The position numbers and the translations under genes are program-made. The notes beneath the pieces were generated by a model, which saw only the letters and a list, made by a program, of their open reading frames with translations, was not told the DNA's origin and did no database searches. Source: the human T2T-CHM13v2.0 reference genome, Homo sapiens. From it: 64,000 bases of DNA. Shown piece after piece: positions 1 to 17,840 of this stretch; the stretch's first letter is position 1, and each line of letters starts with the position of its first letter. Location of the stretch: assembly GCF_009914755.1 (NCBI RefSeq), contig NC_060926.1; one strand, 5' to 3'.

Positions 1-691
1 GGTGGAGCAGGGAGGTGCTCAGGAAAGGTCAGAAGTGCAGCCGTCAAGGTTCCAAGTTGTTGATGGAAGCCTAAGGCTTGACTAGGCCTCTGTCGCCCTT
101 TGGAAGAGCGCTGGTTTTGTCAGAGACGCGGCTCCGTGTGATTGGTTTCACAGGCAGGCGGTGAGGAAAACAGAGGAGGCAAATTGGTGGGGCTTCCTCA
201 GAGGGCACGTGTTGATACCTGTTGAGACCGCGACGCATGTACCCCTGACCACACTACCGCACAGACAGACACGCAGGCACGTAAACATGAGCAAGGATGG
301 CCATTTGCAGCCAGGTCAGACAGAAGCTTGAATACAGCGCTCAGTTAATAATCTAGAGGACCTCTCCCCGGCAAAATGCCATGGGGGAGGATCTTCTGTT
401 GATATGGTAAACATCTTCAGTAACAACAAAAAAGCAAGGTGCAGAACGTGGTGAGACTGCTAGTTTAATCATGCAGATTGGTGAGGCGCAAAGGCACAGA
501 GCTTTCAAATCAATCAGTAACCCCAGTTTAATGGCATCTGGAAATGGTACCATCTTACCATAATATGCAGTTCTAAACCTCCTAAATGTTTATGGATGAT
601 CCTTTTACTAGAAGGAAACCATGGGTGGACATGTGAGTACTGAGAAACACAGAAAGAATCCACTGTGAAGATGGGAAGAGCCAGTACAATT

Positions 692-1107
692 TGGTATTTC
701 CCGTGGCTGCAGTAACAAAGCACCACTAACTGCAGACTTAAAACAGCAGAAATGTATTCTGTCTTCGTTTTGAAAGGCAGAAATCCAAAATCAAGGTATC
801 CTTAGGGCTCAGCTCCCCCGAAGGACTCTATGGGAGGATCCTTCTTGCCTCTTCCAGCCTCTGGTGGCCCCAGGCCATGCTTGGCTTGTGGCTGCAACAT
901 GCCAATCCCTGGCCTGCCTTCACATGGCCTTCCCCTCTTCTGTCTTTTGTAAGGACACTTGTTCCCCCGGGTGACCCAGGATGAGTTCTTCCTCTCAAGG
1001 GTCCTTATTACATCTACAAGGGTCTTTTTTCCAAATAAACTCATTCACAGTTTCCAGGGGTCAGGACATGGGCATAGCTTCTGGGGGCCACCATTCAGCT
1101 GACCACA
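692..1107 (-). mobile_element. MaLR LTR (MLT1B/C-like)
   Basis: Typical MLT1 motifs (GCTGCAGTAACAAA...CTTAAAACAGCAGAAATGTATT...GGGGCCACCATTCAGC) in reverse orientation. Confidence 0.75.
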
Positions 1108-2287
1108 CCAGGTCACCATAGGATCTCATGAATATTTTGATTAGAAAATTTAACGTGGAGCAGTAAGCGCTGAGGCCGGATGCACTCCCAGCACTGCCCC
1201 TGTTCATGAGTCATCCCCCACCGCCCTGTCACCCGGTCTTGTGATCTGACATTGCCAGCCTGCCAGCCTCTGTGTGCCGGGTTGGGGATCTCAGAAGATG
1301 GGATTCCCACCTTGTCATGCCCTTGCTCTTGTGGTGCGTGAAAAGCCTTTAAATTCACATTTTTGTCGCGTTTTGTGTGTGTGCCAAGCTGAGGAGCTCT
1401 GACCAAGATAGAAGACGTTTCACTGGGAAATATGTGCCTGAAAGTCATGATCCAGGCCCCTTGTTCCGATGTACTGGGTACATTGCAGATTTTTCAAGAT
1501 GACTCTAAAGATGTTGGCGTTTTGAAACATTCTGTCAGAAAATTGTATTCAAAAAGCTTTGAGTGAACCTGTGCCATCTGCCCAACACAGCGGAATGCCG
1601 AAGAGGCTTAAGACACAGCTGTTACCGTCAAGAAGTTTTCAGAAGGCACCAAACAGATAAAACTGCTCTTGCTGAGTGGGGTAGATAACAGCTGGTCAGT
1701 GGCCAGCAGGTGTGATCCTGCAGGGTGAGAGCTAGTCCCAGACCACTGAATCTGGGTTAAGGATAGAGTCTAGGCCCTACCCTATACCTCCTGACCAAAT
1801 CCCAGGAACCAATCATGGTGCACGCCAGTAATTTAAAAACCAACCAGCAGCTTGGGAGTAAGGGTGGAGGTGCGACTGGGGCGTCCGCCAGAGTGTTCGG
1901 GGATGGGAGGAAGCTATTCCCAGGATCCTGGACCAGTAGCCCACCTGTTCCCTGCAGGGCCACACTGCTAGTCCCCACCCTCAAAGTCTACCCACAGCTC
2001 CTCTGCTCTGCAGAGCACAGGCTATGCAAAATGCTGAAGAGCACGGCGATCTCAGAAAGCTAGGGACAGAGAATAGGTCATGCTTCCGAGGCTTGCGGGA
2101 GAGTAGCGATGGCCCCATGAGATGTGTTGCTTACTCGTAATTCTAGTGAAGCCATGTGCTGTGTTCTGCTATAGGCTGTGAACGTCAGAGTTCAAGACTG
2201 CTGACTTTCCTCCTGCTTCTCCTGCCTCTAGTATTTGTGAAATTTTTAGTACCGTGCATACCGTGCTGAGTAATCAACAATGCCTCT

Positions 2288-2600
2288 GGCCGGGTGCGGT
2301 GGCTGACGCGTGTGATTCCAAGACTTTGAGAGACGAGGTGGGAGGATCGCTTGAGCTCAGGAGTTCAGGACCAGCCTGGGCAATGTAGGGAAACCTTGTC
2401 TTTCCTAAAATTTTTTTAAAAATTAGCCAGGTATGGTGGCACGCACCTGTGGTCCCAGCTATTCAGGAGGCTGAGGTGGGAGGATCACCTGAGCCCAGGA
2501 GATGGAGGCTTCAGGGAGCTGTGATTGCACCACTACATTCCAGCCTTGGAGTGCAAAAATAAATAAATAAATTATTATTATAAAAATAAATAAATACAAA
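2288..2600 (+). mobile_element. Alu (AluJ-like)
   Basis: Dimeric Alu with A-rich tail. Confidence 0.9.
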
Positions 2601-2769
2601 TACAAATAGAAAACAATTCTTCTTAAGAAGAATGCCCTGACTTAAATAGCTCCATCACCTGGGTTAAAGGATATAAACATTTATGACAGAATCATAGAAT
2701 CCCAGCTTTTTTTTTTTTTTAATTTCATAGTGACCTTTAACAGTAATAGGCAGATCTCAGATTAATTCA

Positions 2770-2960
2770 GTTCATGCCATGGGCCAAGCCCTGTGCTGAC
2801 TGCTTCACACAACTCCATTTGACTGAATCCTCCCAGCAAACTTATGGGGCATCTTCCACTAGTATCTGCATTTTATAGAGGAGGGCGCTGAGGCTGAGAA
2901 AGGCTGAGTCGCTTCCAGGCGTCACCTGAGCCCACCTGCCTTTTACCACTCAGCCGGGCC
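2770..2960 (-). mobile_element. MIR fragment
   Basis: CATTTTATAGAGGAGG..CTGAGGCTGAGAAAGG MIR core, reverse. Confidence 0.6.
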
Positions 2961-3179
2961 GCCTTGCAGCAGCGCTGGCCGTTGTCAGGTGAGTGGATTC
3001 TGTACTTGCAAGTTGAGAGAGCTGCGACCCGTGTGACATATTCGTAATAACTATATGATCTATGTTTTCGTCACAGACTCAGTTTTGGGGGAAATGCCTA
3101 TAGTGAATGCTAATTGCTCCCTTTCCACACTTCCTTTCCCCTCCATCAAGTGAGAACCCAAATTCATTTAGTTTTCCTA

Positions 3180-3300
3180 AGAATCCCCGAAAGGGCTGGT
3201 TAAAGTGCAGGTTCCTGGCCCCACATCCAGAGAATCTGAGGCTGTGGCAGTGCCCCAGGAGTGTGCGTTTTTATTTTCCCCTAAAGTGGTTCTGAAGCAG
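3180..3300. mobile_element. MER5-like hAT fragment
   Basis: AGAATC...GGTTAAAGTGCAGGTTCCTGGCCCCACATCCAGAGAATCTGA resembles MER5A. Confidence 0.45.
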
Positions 3301-3753
3301 GAGTCTGGGCCCTGGAGACTTGGCCCATTTGGACAGAACTCAGGGTGTTCATGGAGCTGCCCCCAGCCTGTCTTCTGCAGCATGGCACCGTGCAGAGCTG
3401 AGGCCCTCCTAGGCTGGGCTCAGACCTGGGCGAGCCCCTGGAGACAGGAGAGGGCCCTGGGATCCTGCTGTACCCGGTCCTGCTGTGCCTAGAGGGGCAG
3501 AAGCATGAGGTGGCTTGCAGCGGGCCCTGAGAGCTCCTGCCCCTCTCTGCTCACAACAAAAACCAAAACTAGAGGAGAAAAGGCCTCTGTTTCCAAATAT
3601 TACTTTTCGGGTTTTTTTTCACATATGTCTCCACTTTGGGGCATTTTCTAATCCCTTTTCAGTCTATTATTCCTGCCCTGTGTGACTGTAATGGTTGAAG
3701 AGCCATTGCCTCTGCTTATTAGGGGATTTGTTGGAACTGACTCAATGTCTATA

Positions 3754-4217
<464 letters not shown>

Positions 4218-4715
4218 TCAATGTCTATATTCTTGTGCATGAAAACACAACCAAGTAAGCAGGGAAAAATCCCAAACCCCAAAATATCTTGAATCCTTTT
4301 CGTTTGCCATTTGTTTCTTATTCTTTTTTCTAATTACAAAAGAAATGTATGCTTATTCTAAAAAGTCAAAGTAACAGAACGTAAAGACCAACCCTAAGTC
4401 TACCCAACCAGAGGTAATCACTATCTCTTGTTGTCTTTCCTTATCAGTTAGGATTGGGCTGAGCTGCAAATAGCAGAGAGTCCTACCTTATCAATCCAGC
4501 TAAAAATTCCTGGCGGGTGGGGGCTGTCAGAGCCCAGGCTCTTTTCATCTCTTAGCGTGGCCCTGCCTGCCAGAAGGGCAGATTTAGGCTTTGTGGGTCC
4601 TCCAGCTTACAAGGGCTTGGGAGGCGTCCTCTAAAATAATGGAATGCAAAATTAGGTATCAAAGCGAGTGCTTCTGTGGAATGAGAATTAGAACATAAAT
4701 CATAGTGAAGTTCAC

Positions 4716-5165
<450 letters not shown>

Positions 5166-5541
5166 AATTCAAATGTTAAAAATTGGCAGATAACACAAAC
5201 ATTATAAAATCTAGAAAAATAATGTTTATATTAACTAGCTGCTTGGCAAACTCCTCATAGTTTTTCTTCATATATCTTCTGTTTTATGCCCTTTGATTGC
5301 TTCTGTATATGGCAAATTAGTAATGTTTTACAAGCATAAACATAAAAATGTAATGTTTCTGTCTACATATATGAAGATGTTTTTAATGTTTTCTACCGAG
5401 AAAGAAAAAAAGATTAGCCTTTCCTGTAACATATTTGATCAAATTTTCTTAATATTGATTGATTAAAAAACTTTGTTTTGGCCTCACATTTAGTTCATGG
5501 TAATGCCCTGTAAATCTTTTTACTTAAAAATTATATGTATA

Positions 5542-5838
<297 letters not shown>

Positions 5839-5924
5839 TTATATGTATTTTTAAAAGACAAAAATTTAAATCAACACCTGTAGAAAATAATAAAAAATAA
5901 TACAAAAGAAAATGTTTATGTAAA

Positions 5925-6097
5925 TTTTTGTTTTGTTTTGTTTTAGAGATATGATGTCACTCTGTCACCCAGGCTGGAGTGCAGTTGTGCAATCATAGCT
6001 CACTGCACCTCAAACTCCTGGGTGGCATTAAGCAATCCTCCTGCCTCAGCCTCTCAGAGTGCTGGGATAACAGGTGTAAGCCACTGTGCATGACCCG
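5925..6097 (-). mobile_element. Old Alu monomer (FAM/FRAM/AluJ fragment)
   Basis: Reverse Alu arm with (TTTTG)n tail. Confidence 0.75.
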
Positions 6098-6151
6098 TTT
6101 TGTTATTAAATTTGAGAAAACCATCCTCAAGTTTCTTCCATAAAAACACTA

Positions 6152-6443
6152 GGCCGGGAGCAGTGGCTCACGCCTGTAATCCCAACACCTTGGGAGGCCG
6201 AGGTGGGCAGATCACCTGAATTCAAGACCAGCCTGGCCAACACGGTGAAACCGTATCTCTACTTAAAATACAAAAATTATTCAGGCGTGGTAGCACATGC
6301 CTGTAATCCCAGCTACTTGGAAGGCTAAGGCAGGAGTAATCGCTTGAACCCAGGAGGCAGAGGTTGCAGCGGGCCAAAATCACGACATTGCACTCCAGCC
6401 TGGGTGACAAGAGTGAAACTCTGTCTCAACCACAACAACAGCA
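6152..6443 (+). mobile_element. AluS
   Basis: Dimeric Alu; TSD AAACACTA. Confidence 0.9.
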
Positions 6444-6451
6444 AACACTAT

Positions 6452-6928
6452 ATAGGGGAGGCAAAATTTTACCTTTCTCCCTTAGCATTTTTGGCTGGGC
6501 CTGAGAATTAAATTGATGTAAAACAGATACACAGGAGAAAAGCATATACATTCTATAAGTTTTATGTGACATGGGAGCTCTCCTGCAGAAACGAAGGGAA
6601 AAGAACTGGCAGAACCTAAATGCTTTTAAACTAGGTTGAACAAAGAGAGGCAATGGTGGAAAAGTTACCAAATTATATGGGGAGGCTAAAGGAAGACAAG
6701 AATCATGTTACCCAGGTCTGTTTGTACAGAATTCTCTCAGCTCTGACAACATGTGGTTTTTTTCTTCTGGTACCCGGAGAGCATCTTTCACATGGGAGTT
6801 TTTATCGCTTGTTTTCAGGAAGAAAAGAGGAAGATTAGAATGTCCTTCTTGCATCAAGCGCCTTTACCTCAAAATAATCCTAAGCCAAAGTGGCTTATTT
6901 TGGAATGGCATATTCTGCCACCCCTTAA
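6452..6928 (-). mobile_element. ERV1 LTR, MER34/MER39 family
   Basis: Ends CAAAATAATCCTAAGCCAAAGTGGCTTATTTTGGAATGGCATATTCTGCCACCCCTT, the reverse complement of the MER34-type 5' end. Confidence 0.7.
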
Positions 6929-7097
6929 CTGTAACTGGGGGCATTTGAAGTTTTCTTGCACACTGATTATTCACAAATACTCTAACAACATAGAGAATTA
7001 CTAGAGACCATTCCTACACCAGGACAGATAGCAATCATTTGACTATGCATGGAAGGTACTGTGAATCATGGAAATTTTTCCCACTAAATCTAAATTA

Positions 7098-7690
<593 letters not shown>

Positions 7691-7859
7691 CCTACACATA
7701 CATAAAATGACCATGTGACACATTAAGTTTCATTAGCTCTGGTAATTCTGCCTTGATGTCTTCATTCACATGCCTGTTGCCTCTTGATCATATGATGACG
7801 GGTACATTTCCTGGCACAAATCTGTGATCAACTCAGGAAGAAAGCCAAATGTGCAGGTC

Positions 7860-8070
7860 AGCCAAATCTGCCCCTACAGTGCTTTCCTGAAGCTCCACTT
7901 GGTGACCTCCACTTAACTAACTGGTCAAAACTGGGTCCTATGGCCCCTAGCTGCACGGGAGTCTGGGAGGTGAGTATTTTTAAGTAGACACATTGCCGTG
8001 CCGACAAAATCAGTTCTGTTGGTCAGGAAGGAGAGGGTGAATATTATGTAGACTGCTAACAGTGTCTGCC
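7860..8070 (-). mobile_element. Old MaLR LTR fragment (MLT1J/K-like)
   Basis: ATGGCCCCTAGCTGCACGGGAGTCTGGGAGGTGAGTATTTT motif; the other end may lie at ~4444-4560. Confidence 0.5.
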
Positions 8071-8103
8071 TCCCCTTTCAGATTATTTTCTATGTGTACA
8101 GAG

Positions 8104-8134
8104 ATATAGATGATTGATTGATAGATAGATAGAT

Positions 8135-8176
<42 letters not shown>
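8104..8176. repeat. (GATA)n tetranucleotide STR
   Basis: About 14 TAGA units, one interruption. Confidence 0.95.
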
Positions 8177-9241
8177 GTATACCTGTATTTTTTTACAGAA
8201 ATTCATACTGCTTTATAATGTCTTTAAGTGATTCACAAATACTCAAAACCAATTAGTAAGAAATTTTTTTTACCTAAATTGACATGTTGACCAACTTTTA
8301 CTACTGAGTAAATTGCATTCAGCTAAATAATATGCTCTTTTTTTATTGTGCTTAAATATGCTGCATTTTTTAGTAGCAGAACCTTCTTTCAAATAAATAA
8401 TCTCCGTCTGTAACACTGATGAAAGCCGGGTTCTCTGAATGAGTACAGGTGGATGTGAGGAGCCCTTGCTCTCCTCTCTCCCCAGACCCCAAAGCATTTC
8501 TGCAGAACTCAGTATAAACAGCTCTGTCTCAGCAGGTTGTTGGACAAGATACCCTCTAAGATCCTTCAGCCCACAAAGGCTTCTTTGCAACTGAGGGGCC
8601 CGAGAGTAGGCTGGGTGGCTCACACTGCAAGCAAGGGGAGGGGAAGCCCAGGCCAGCAAGAACAGGCTGGGAAGCAGCTGCACTGCCAGGCCCTGCACAC
8701 TGAAGCCGCTCCACTGAGGGCCTTTCTTCAGGCATTTTTGCAACAGACCAGGCAGTGCTGGCCCGCAGGCCAGACGCAGTTTCCCCATCCACTGGAGAGG
8801 AAAAATGCCACCCACTTTAAATTATTTTCCAGGTTTCTGTAGTTTAAGGAGATGAAATAACTGGCAGAGTCTAAAATATTCTCGAATACGTGACATGTTC
8901 TGTCATTTCCAGGAAGACATTGGGAGGAGCGAGCTCAGATGACCGCTGACAGTGGGGAAGTGGAGGCAGAGGACTAGTCACAGGCTCGAGAAAACCCGCA
9001 TGTTGACTGTTTCCCCTTTTCCAGTTGCCTTCTTAGTGTTTCTCTGTGGGAGGGCTCAGGGGTCCTCTGGCATGAGGGACAGGAAAAAGAGAAGGCAGGA
9101 GTCACCCTGGAGCACCGTGATGAGAGCGTGTAAAGCCGACCCTAGATCCTCCTGGATCGGGGAAGTGGGGTGGAAGGGAAGTTACAGTGGAAGCAGACAG
9201 CAGTGTTAAGTGGTTGCAGTGAAAATATCCTGCCTTGGTAG

Positions 9242-9710
<469 letters not shown>

Positions 9711-9894
9711 CAGGGCAGGTTTTGACCCCACCTGTCACTTCCCTGGCTGAGAACTGTCCCAGGGTCCAGTGAGGCTCACTGAATCCCGTAGGCACTGGCC
9801 CTTTTTTTCTTCCTCTCCCTGCCTAAGATACTAGATAAACACAAAGGAATTTTCAGCAGAAATCAAAGATGAAATTCCAATGTTCAAGAAGTTT

Positions 9895-11430
9895 GGTTTT
9901 TTGTTTTTTATTTTATTTACTTTTTGTTTTGAAATAATTATAGATTGATAGGAAGTTGCAAAAGTAACACAGACAGTTCCCAGGCGCCCTTCACATAATT
10001 TCCCCTGGTGCTAATATCTTATGTAATTTATAGCATAATAATAGCAAAACCAGGAAGCTGACATTGGTATCATCCACAGACTTTATTCACATTTCACTAG
10101 TTTGACAGTGATTTCCTTTTTAAACAGTTTTTCTTAAGTATTAACATAATAGTAACCATATTACAAAAAATTGTGGCAGAAAAAAATATTCTTAGTTCTA
10201 CTGTCCTGTAGAGCCACCCTAATCATGTTAAGGTTCATTTCTTTCCAAGGTCTTTTTGTGCACTTTTAGCACAATTGAAAGCATTGTTTAGCTGGACAGA
10301 GTGGCGTGCACTTGTAATCCCATCTACTGGGGAGGCTAAGGCAGGAAGATCACTCCACTGCACTCCAGCCTGGGCAACATGGCAAGACCTCGTCTCGAGG
10401 AAAAAAAAAAAAGCATTCTTTATGTACATTATTATAACCTGATTTTTATTTAATGTTTTAAATAAATATATTTCTGCATAACCTGTTCTTTATCATTGTA
10501 CATGGCTATATGATATATATATCAAGTGAATATGCCATGTTTTACTTATTTACTCCCCTGTTACTAGACATTAGATCATTTCAGTTTTACTCTATAATAA
10601 CTTTATAATGAACAACCTTGTTTATCTTACGCTTTCCATGTTTTGGATTCATTCACTAGTATTTACACTCAAGGATGTGTGAACATTTTTACAACTCTTG
10701 ATAAAATGCCAAATTGTTTTCCAAGAGTTGTCTCAAATTTCAATCTCTCTAATTAGTGTTAATCATTAAACTAGTGTTTTAAACTATTGGGAGCAGTGGA
10801 CGGGATCGTTTTTCTGTCATTCTTATAATAGTTGAAGAATGCCACCTTGTTTTGTAAAGTTGTAGTTTCTAATTTCTAGTAAAGTTGGTCTTTTTTGTTT
10901 CTTCTACTTACTAGTAATACTTTCTATTTTGTGACATGGTGGTTTGAATTCTTTGCCCGATTATCAATTTAGTGTTTTACTTACTGATTTGTAGGAGCTC
11001 CTTAGCTATGAAAATGTTAACCTTTAATCTGTTAAATTTGCTTCAAATACTTCTTCCAAGTTTGTTGTTTGCCTGTTGATTTGGTTTATTTTTAACATAC
11101 TGCGCATGTGGAAATGTTCGTATTTTTATGAAATCAAATGTCCATCTTTTTTTCCCTTCTCATTTTTACAAACCCAGTCCTTTTCAGAGATGTGATGAGT
11201 TCCAGTAGATCAACCGCTTTCTTCCTTTTCCTAGGGTTTGACTTTGTTTTAATTTATACTGCTAAATGGTGTGATACACAAACCGTTAGCAAAAAAAGGG
11301 TTTTTCCCCACAATTTCTGTTTACCTGAATAATTTGTGACATGATCCTTCCTCATTTATTTGCAAAGCTTCTTATCATTATAGAGTAGTTTATTCAGTGT
11401 ATTCTGCTTGACTTCTAGGTCAGCTCTCTA
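9895..11430 (-). mobile_element. Old L1M (L1MC/ME) fragments, with an Alu arm at 10290-10412
   Basis: TTTTGAAATAATTATAGATTGATAGGAAGTTGCAAAA and AT-rich L1M 3' UTR-like text. Confidence 0.55.
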
Positions 11431-11472
11431 ATAGATATTTCTCCAGCCCTTTTTTCTCTTTCCTTCCACCAG

Positions 11473-11588
11473 ATCATGACCAACACGGGGAAGACAAGGC
11501 GGAAGGGGCTGGCTAATGTGCAGTGGAGCGGGGATGAGCCCCTGCAAAGGCCCGTCACCCCCGGCGGCCACAGAAACGGGTACCCAGT
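11473..11588 (+). CDS. ARMC9: ARMC9 coding exon ([39 protein letters not shown]); composite internal/terminal exon
   Basis: Polypyrimidine tract + CCAG acceptor ending 11472, GTAAGT donor at 11589; translation matches the ARMC9 C-terminal region as I recall it; read-through gives GTG TAA (stop 11590-11592). Confidence 0.93.
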
Positions 11589-11675
11589 GTAAGTCAGGGC
11601 TAAAGGAAGCGGGAATTGACTTTCTTAAGCTTTGTTTTGATTACAGTGTAAGATGTATGTATTTTTAAAATTCAA

Positions 11676-11681
11676 AATAAA
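11676..11681 (+). terminator. ARMC9: Intronic polyadenylation signal for short ARMC9 isoform
   Basis: AATAAA 84 nt after the read-through stop, TGTA motifs upstream, T/GT-rich tract downstream (11701-11730). Confidence 0.75.
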
Positions 11682-12737
11682 GCATTCATTTTGAAAAGCA
11701 TTTATCTCTTTATTTTTGGGGGATTTTTGGAGGGAAAGAGGTTGAGTCCTTCTCCCTTCCCCCAGGATTTTTTTATTCCAGAAGGAGAAGTGGTTGGATT
11801 ACAGGATCTCCAGGGCCACTTCAGAAGACAAATGTTGGCCAGAGTAATTTCAAAAGAAGGGACCTGAAAGGAATCGGGCTCTCTCCAGAAGGACTCCTGT
11901 CGTGCCTTTTCTGTGGCCTCTCGTCACAGCACCAAGCCCTGTGTTGGGATTGGAATGTTACAGTTTAAGACTCGAAATCAATTTATTTTAGATGACTTTT
12001 TGGAACAACTGGATGCTGTTTTAGCTGCCGAGCCTTATTCATCTTCCATAGCCTTGCTCGTACCCCATTTATAGAAATGAAATTTTAGTCTCGTTACGTA
12101 GAGCCTCTGGTCTCCCTGGGGGCCTAGACCCCTTGTGGGCTAAGGAGCCCCAGATCAGACAGTCCAGTGGGCGGTAGAGAAGCCACTTCTGTGGTCTGGG
12201 TGGCCTCTCTTTTCCTGTCTAGAGAGAATATTACAGCAAAATATTACAGAGAGCAGGCTAAAAACCTCCATATATTCATTCAACAAATAATGGCCGTGTA
12301 ATTTTTAAAAGAATATACCGTGTTTTACTTAGTTATCCCCTGAAACTGGGCACTTTATTTTTTCCAGTCTTACTCTATTGCAATTTTGTAATGAACAACC
12401 AGGCAACGGAATTGAGCAACAAAACTCAGAAATGCCTGCCCTCATGGAGCTCTGTGCTGCCACGGACACCAGGGACACCAGGCAAGACAGACCCAGCTCC
12501 TTGATGAGTTCTGTTGCCCATCTGGGATTTGTCCTATAAATGTTTCAGGGCCCGTGCCATAGATGAGTGCTCTGAGATCTGTTTGGTTTGATTTCATAAT
12601 TAGGTATGATATGCTTATATTTCTAGGTGTTTATTTTTAGTTACTGATGTATAAACTAGTACATGCCCTTTTCTCTCTTAAACTTACAATCAGTGTTTTT
12701 AACCTACAGAAAAGTTAAAGAATATTACACTGAAGAT

Positions 12738-13034
<297 letters not shown>

Positions 13035-14545
13035 GAATATTACACTCAAGAGCTTTCAATTAACATTTGTGTGCCCTATCTCTCTCTCTTGCTCTCCTTC
13101 TATGTGTATGATACATAATTTACATGCGTATACATTTTTTTGCTGAACTATCTGAGAGAAGATTGCAGACTTTTGCACATAACCCCACTATCACAGCTAA
13201 GAAATTTGACAGTAATAATATGGATATAGTATTATAGTATTCCTTAATTGTCCCCTAAAGGTTCTTTACATCTGAGTGGTTTTGGGTCATTTGGTTTTCA
13301 TCCAGGAATACGGTCAGTTACCAATTACTAGTAAATCTAGTTGATAAATATAATACCTTTTTAAATGGAAGTAGCAACAGGAACTAATAAAATTCCTCTT
13401 GCTTGACATGGGAAAGAGGACACTGAATCATTGTCTTAAAAGTATTTTTCAATTATTTTTTAAAATAATTAAAACCCTGCTTTCATGAGAGGCAACAATG
13501 ACATAAGGCTATTTTAATCAGAGATAAGGATAGGGAATCTAATAAATATGGGGCTAACCAGTGGGCACAGTTAATTCTTGGGTCAGGTGTTCTTCTTTGA
13601 AGAGAAATTTGAGGACGTTTTCCATGCCTGGGAGCACATCTATCTCCCCTCTGATATGTGGGGGTGGCCCCATCAAGATCTTTGACTGTGGCAAGCTGCC
13701 AGGTAATGAGGGCAGCTCATTTTCCTGAAACCATGGACCTTCCCACTATAATGATGCAGTCGCCCCGTCACCAGCTTCCCTTATCAGGTCTCAACAAACA
13801 TTTTTATCACTTCTCTGCCATATGGTGTTCTCATTGCTGGGGTTGCAGAAATCAATAAGATGTGACTCCCTGCCCTCAGAAGCACACAGACCAAGCTGTG
13901 TGGTAGGGAAAGAGGTGGTCAATGGAATGCAGTGGGCACTCTCCCCAGCTACACTGGGTACTCCAGACGGGCTACACGATGCTGATGTGCAAAATTTGTA
14001 GTTCTGTCCTTTGCATCTCGAGCTCACCTCTACAAAGTTTGAATGCTGGGGGTCTTAGACATCATCCTCTACAGATAAGAGACTACCATATGTGATGTAA
14101 GATAGGCATCCTAGCTTATTTTTCTCCATGTAGAGAGCCACTCTTCTCTACACCACCTATAAACAGCTCATTATTTCTCCACTGATTCAAGGCGCCACTT
14201 TAATTCTATATCCCCTCCAGTCACCCTAGCTCTCTATTTTGACACATTGTCCAGTTGCCTGTTGCCACACCAGTGTTTATTGCAAAGGTTCTTAGCATAT
14301 CTAAATATTGCATAGAAAAATCCTCTCTCCCTGCCTGCCTTTGGCTTTCTCTTTCAGAGTTGATTTAACTATGTAGAGACCTTTATTTTTCTGTAAGCAT
14401 TTAAAAATAAGTCTGGCAACTTCCTTAAAAAATCCTTTTAGGATTTTGATTAGTATCACATTAAATTTATGTAATGTTTTGGAGATGATTGAAATCTTTG
14501 CAATGTTAAGTCACTGTGCAGCATTACATCATAGTAATTTTATAT

Positions 14546-14957
14546 GTTAAGACAGAATAATGGTCCCTCAAAGATGTCCACATCCCAATCCCCACAACCT
14601 GTGACTAAATGACATTACATGGCAAAAAGGACTTTGCTGATGTGATTAAGTTAAGGATCTAGAGATGGATGATTCTGGATAATCTGGGTGGACCCAATGT
14701 AATCACAAGGGGCCTTACTGAAGGGAAGCAGGAGTGTCAGAAACAAAAGGAGGTGTGACAACTGTGTCAGAAGTCTGAGTGACGCAAGGCCATGAGCCGA
14801 GGAATGCAGACACCCTCTAGAAACTGGAAAAGGCAAGGAAATAAATTCTCTCCTGGAGCCTCCAGAAAGAATGCACCCCTGTTGACCCATTGTAAACTCT
14901 TGACCTCCATAATTATGAGACAAGTTTGTGTTGTTTTCAGTCACTAAGTTTGTGGTA
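14546..14957 (+). mobile_element. MaLR LTR (MLT1C/D-like), 3' end displaced to ~16855-16890 by an L1 insertion
   Basis: CAGAATAATGGTCCCTCAAAGATGTCCACATCCCAATCCC start; AAGTTTGTGGTA ... TTTGTTAGAACAGCAGTAGAAAATGAAGACA end. Confidence 0.8.
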
Positions 14958-16540
<1,583 letters not shown>

Positions 16541-16823
16541 TTGAGGGGAAGTCTTGCTCTGTTGCCCAGGCTGGAGTGCAGTGGCACAGTCTTGGCAACT
16601 GCAAGCTCCGCCTCCCAGGTTCAAGCGATTCTCCTGCCTCAGCCTCCCAAGTAGCTGGGATTACAGGCACCCGCCACCACACCTGGCTAATTTTTAAATT
16701 TTTTGTAGAGAAGGGATTTCACCATGTTGGCCAGGCTGGTCTTGAACTCCTTACCTCAGGCGATCTGCCTGCCTCAGCCTCCCAAAATGCTGGGATTACA
16801 GGTGTGAGCCACTGTGCCTGGCC
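16541..16823 (-). mobile_element. AluS inserted at the L1 poly-A tail
   Basis: Reverse Alu abutting an A-tract. Confidence 0.9.
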
Positions 16824-16972
16824 TTAAAAGTTGAAAATTAAAACAAAAATATTACGGTACTTTGTTAGAACAGCAGTAGAAAATGAAGACAGCCATCCTG
16901 TGTGCAAGTACAGGATGACTCTCCAGTCCTTTAGGTCTTGTTTGATACATTTCCTTGCTAGGAGAAACCTGA

Positions 16973-17233
<261 letters not shown>

Positions 17234-17245
17234 TTAGCCCAGTTT

Positions 17246-17442
17246 TTTAAATTTAACTCCTCTTGTCAATGATGATCTCAATGGGCATGCAATCCATTCC
17301 AGCCATGGGATCTAAGATTTTCCAACTTTTATGAAGGGCTTGAGAAACTCTGTACTTTCTTTTCCCCTTTTGGGCTTTGACTGTTGCTTGAGATGCTATG
17401 CTTGGAGGTCCTGCAGCCATCCTATTTGCACAAAGTGACAAT

Positions 17443-17476
<34 letters not shown>

Positions 17477-17840
17477 AGACAGAGTCTCGCTCTGTCAGCC
17501 AGGCTGGAGTGCAGTGGCACGATCTCGGCTCACTGCAAGCTCCATCTCCCAGTTCACGCCATTCTCCTGCCTCAGCTTCCCGAGTAGTTGGGACTACAGG
17601 CGCCTACCACCACGCCCGGCTATTTTTTTGTATTTTTAGTAGAGACGGGGTTTCACTGTGTTAGGATGGTCTCGATCTCCTGACCTCGTGATCCGCCTGT
17701 CTCGGCCTCCCAAAGTGCTGGGATTACAGGTGTGAGCCACTGCACCCGGCCACAAAGTGACAATTCTAAGAACAAAAGCAAAACCACACCAGGAAGGCCA
17801 GGGAATCCCAGCAGAGAGAACCTGGATCTGCAGCAAAGTC
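17246..17840 (+). repeat. Direct duplication copy 1 (contains reverse AluY 17445-17751)
   Basis: Identical by eye to 19489-20061 except poly-T length (31 vs 9). Confidence 0.95.
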
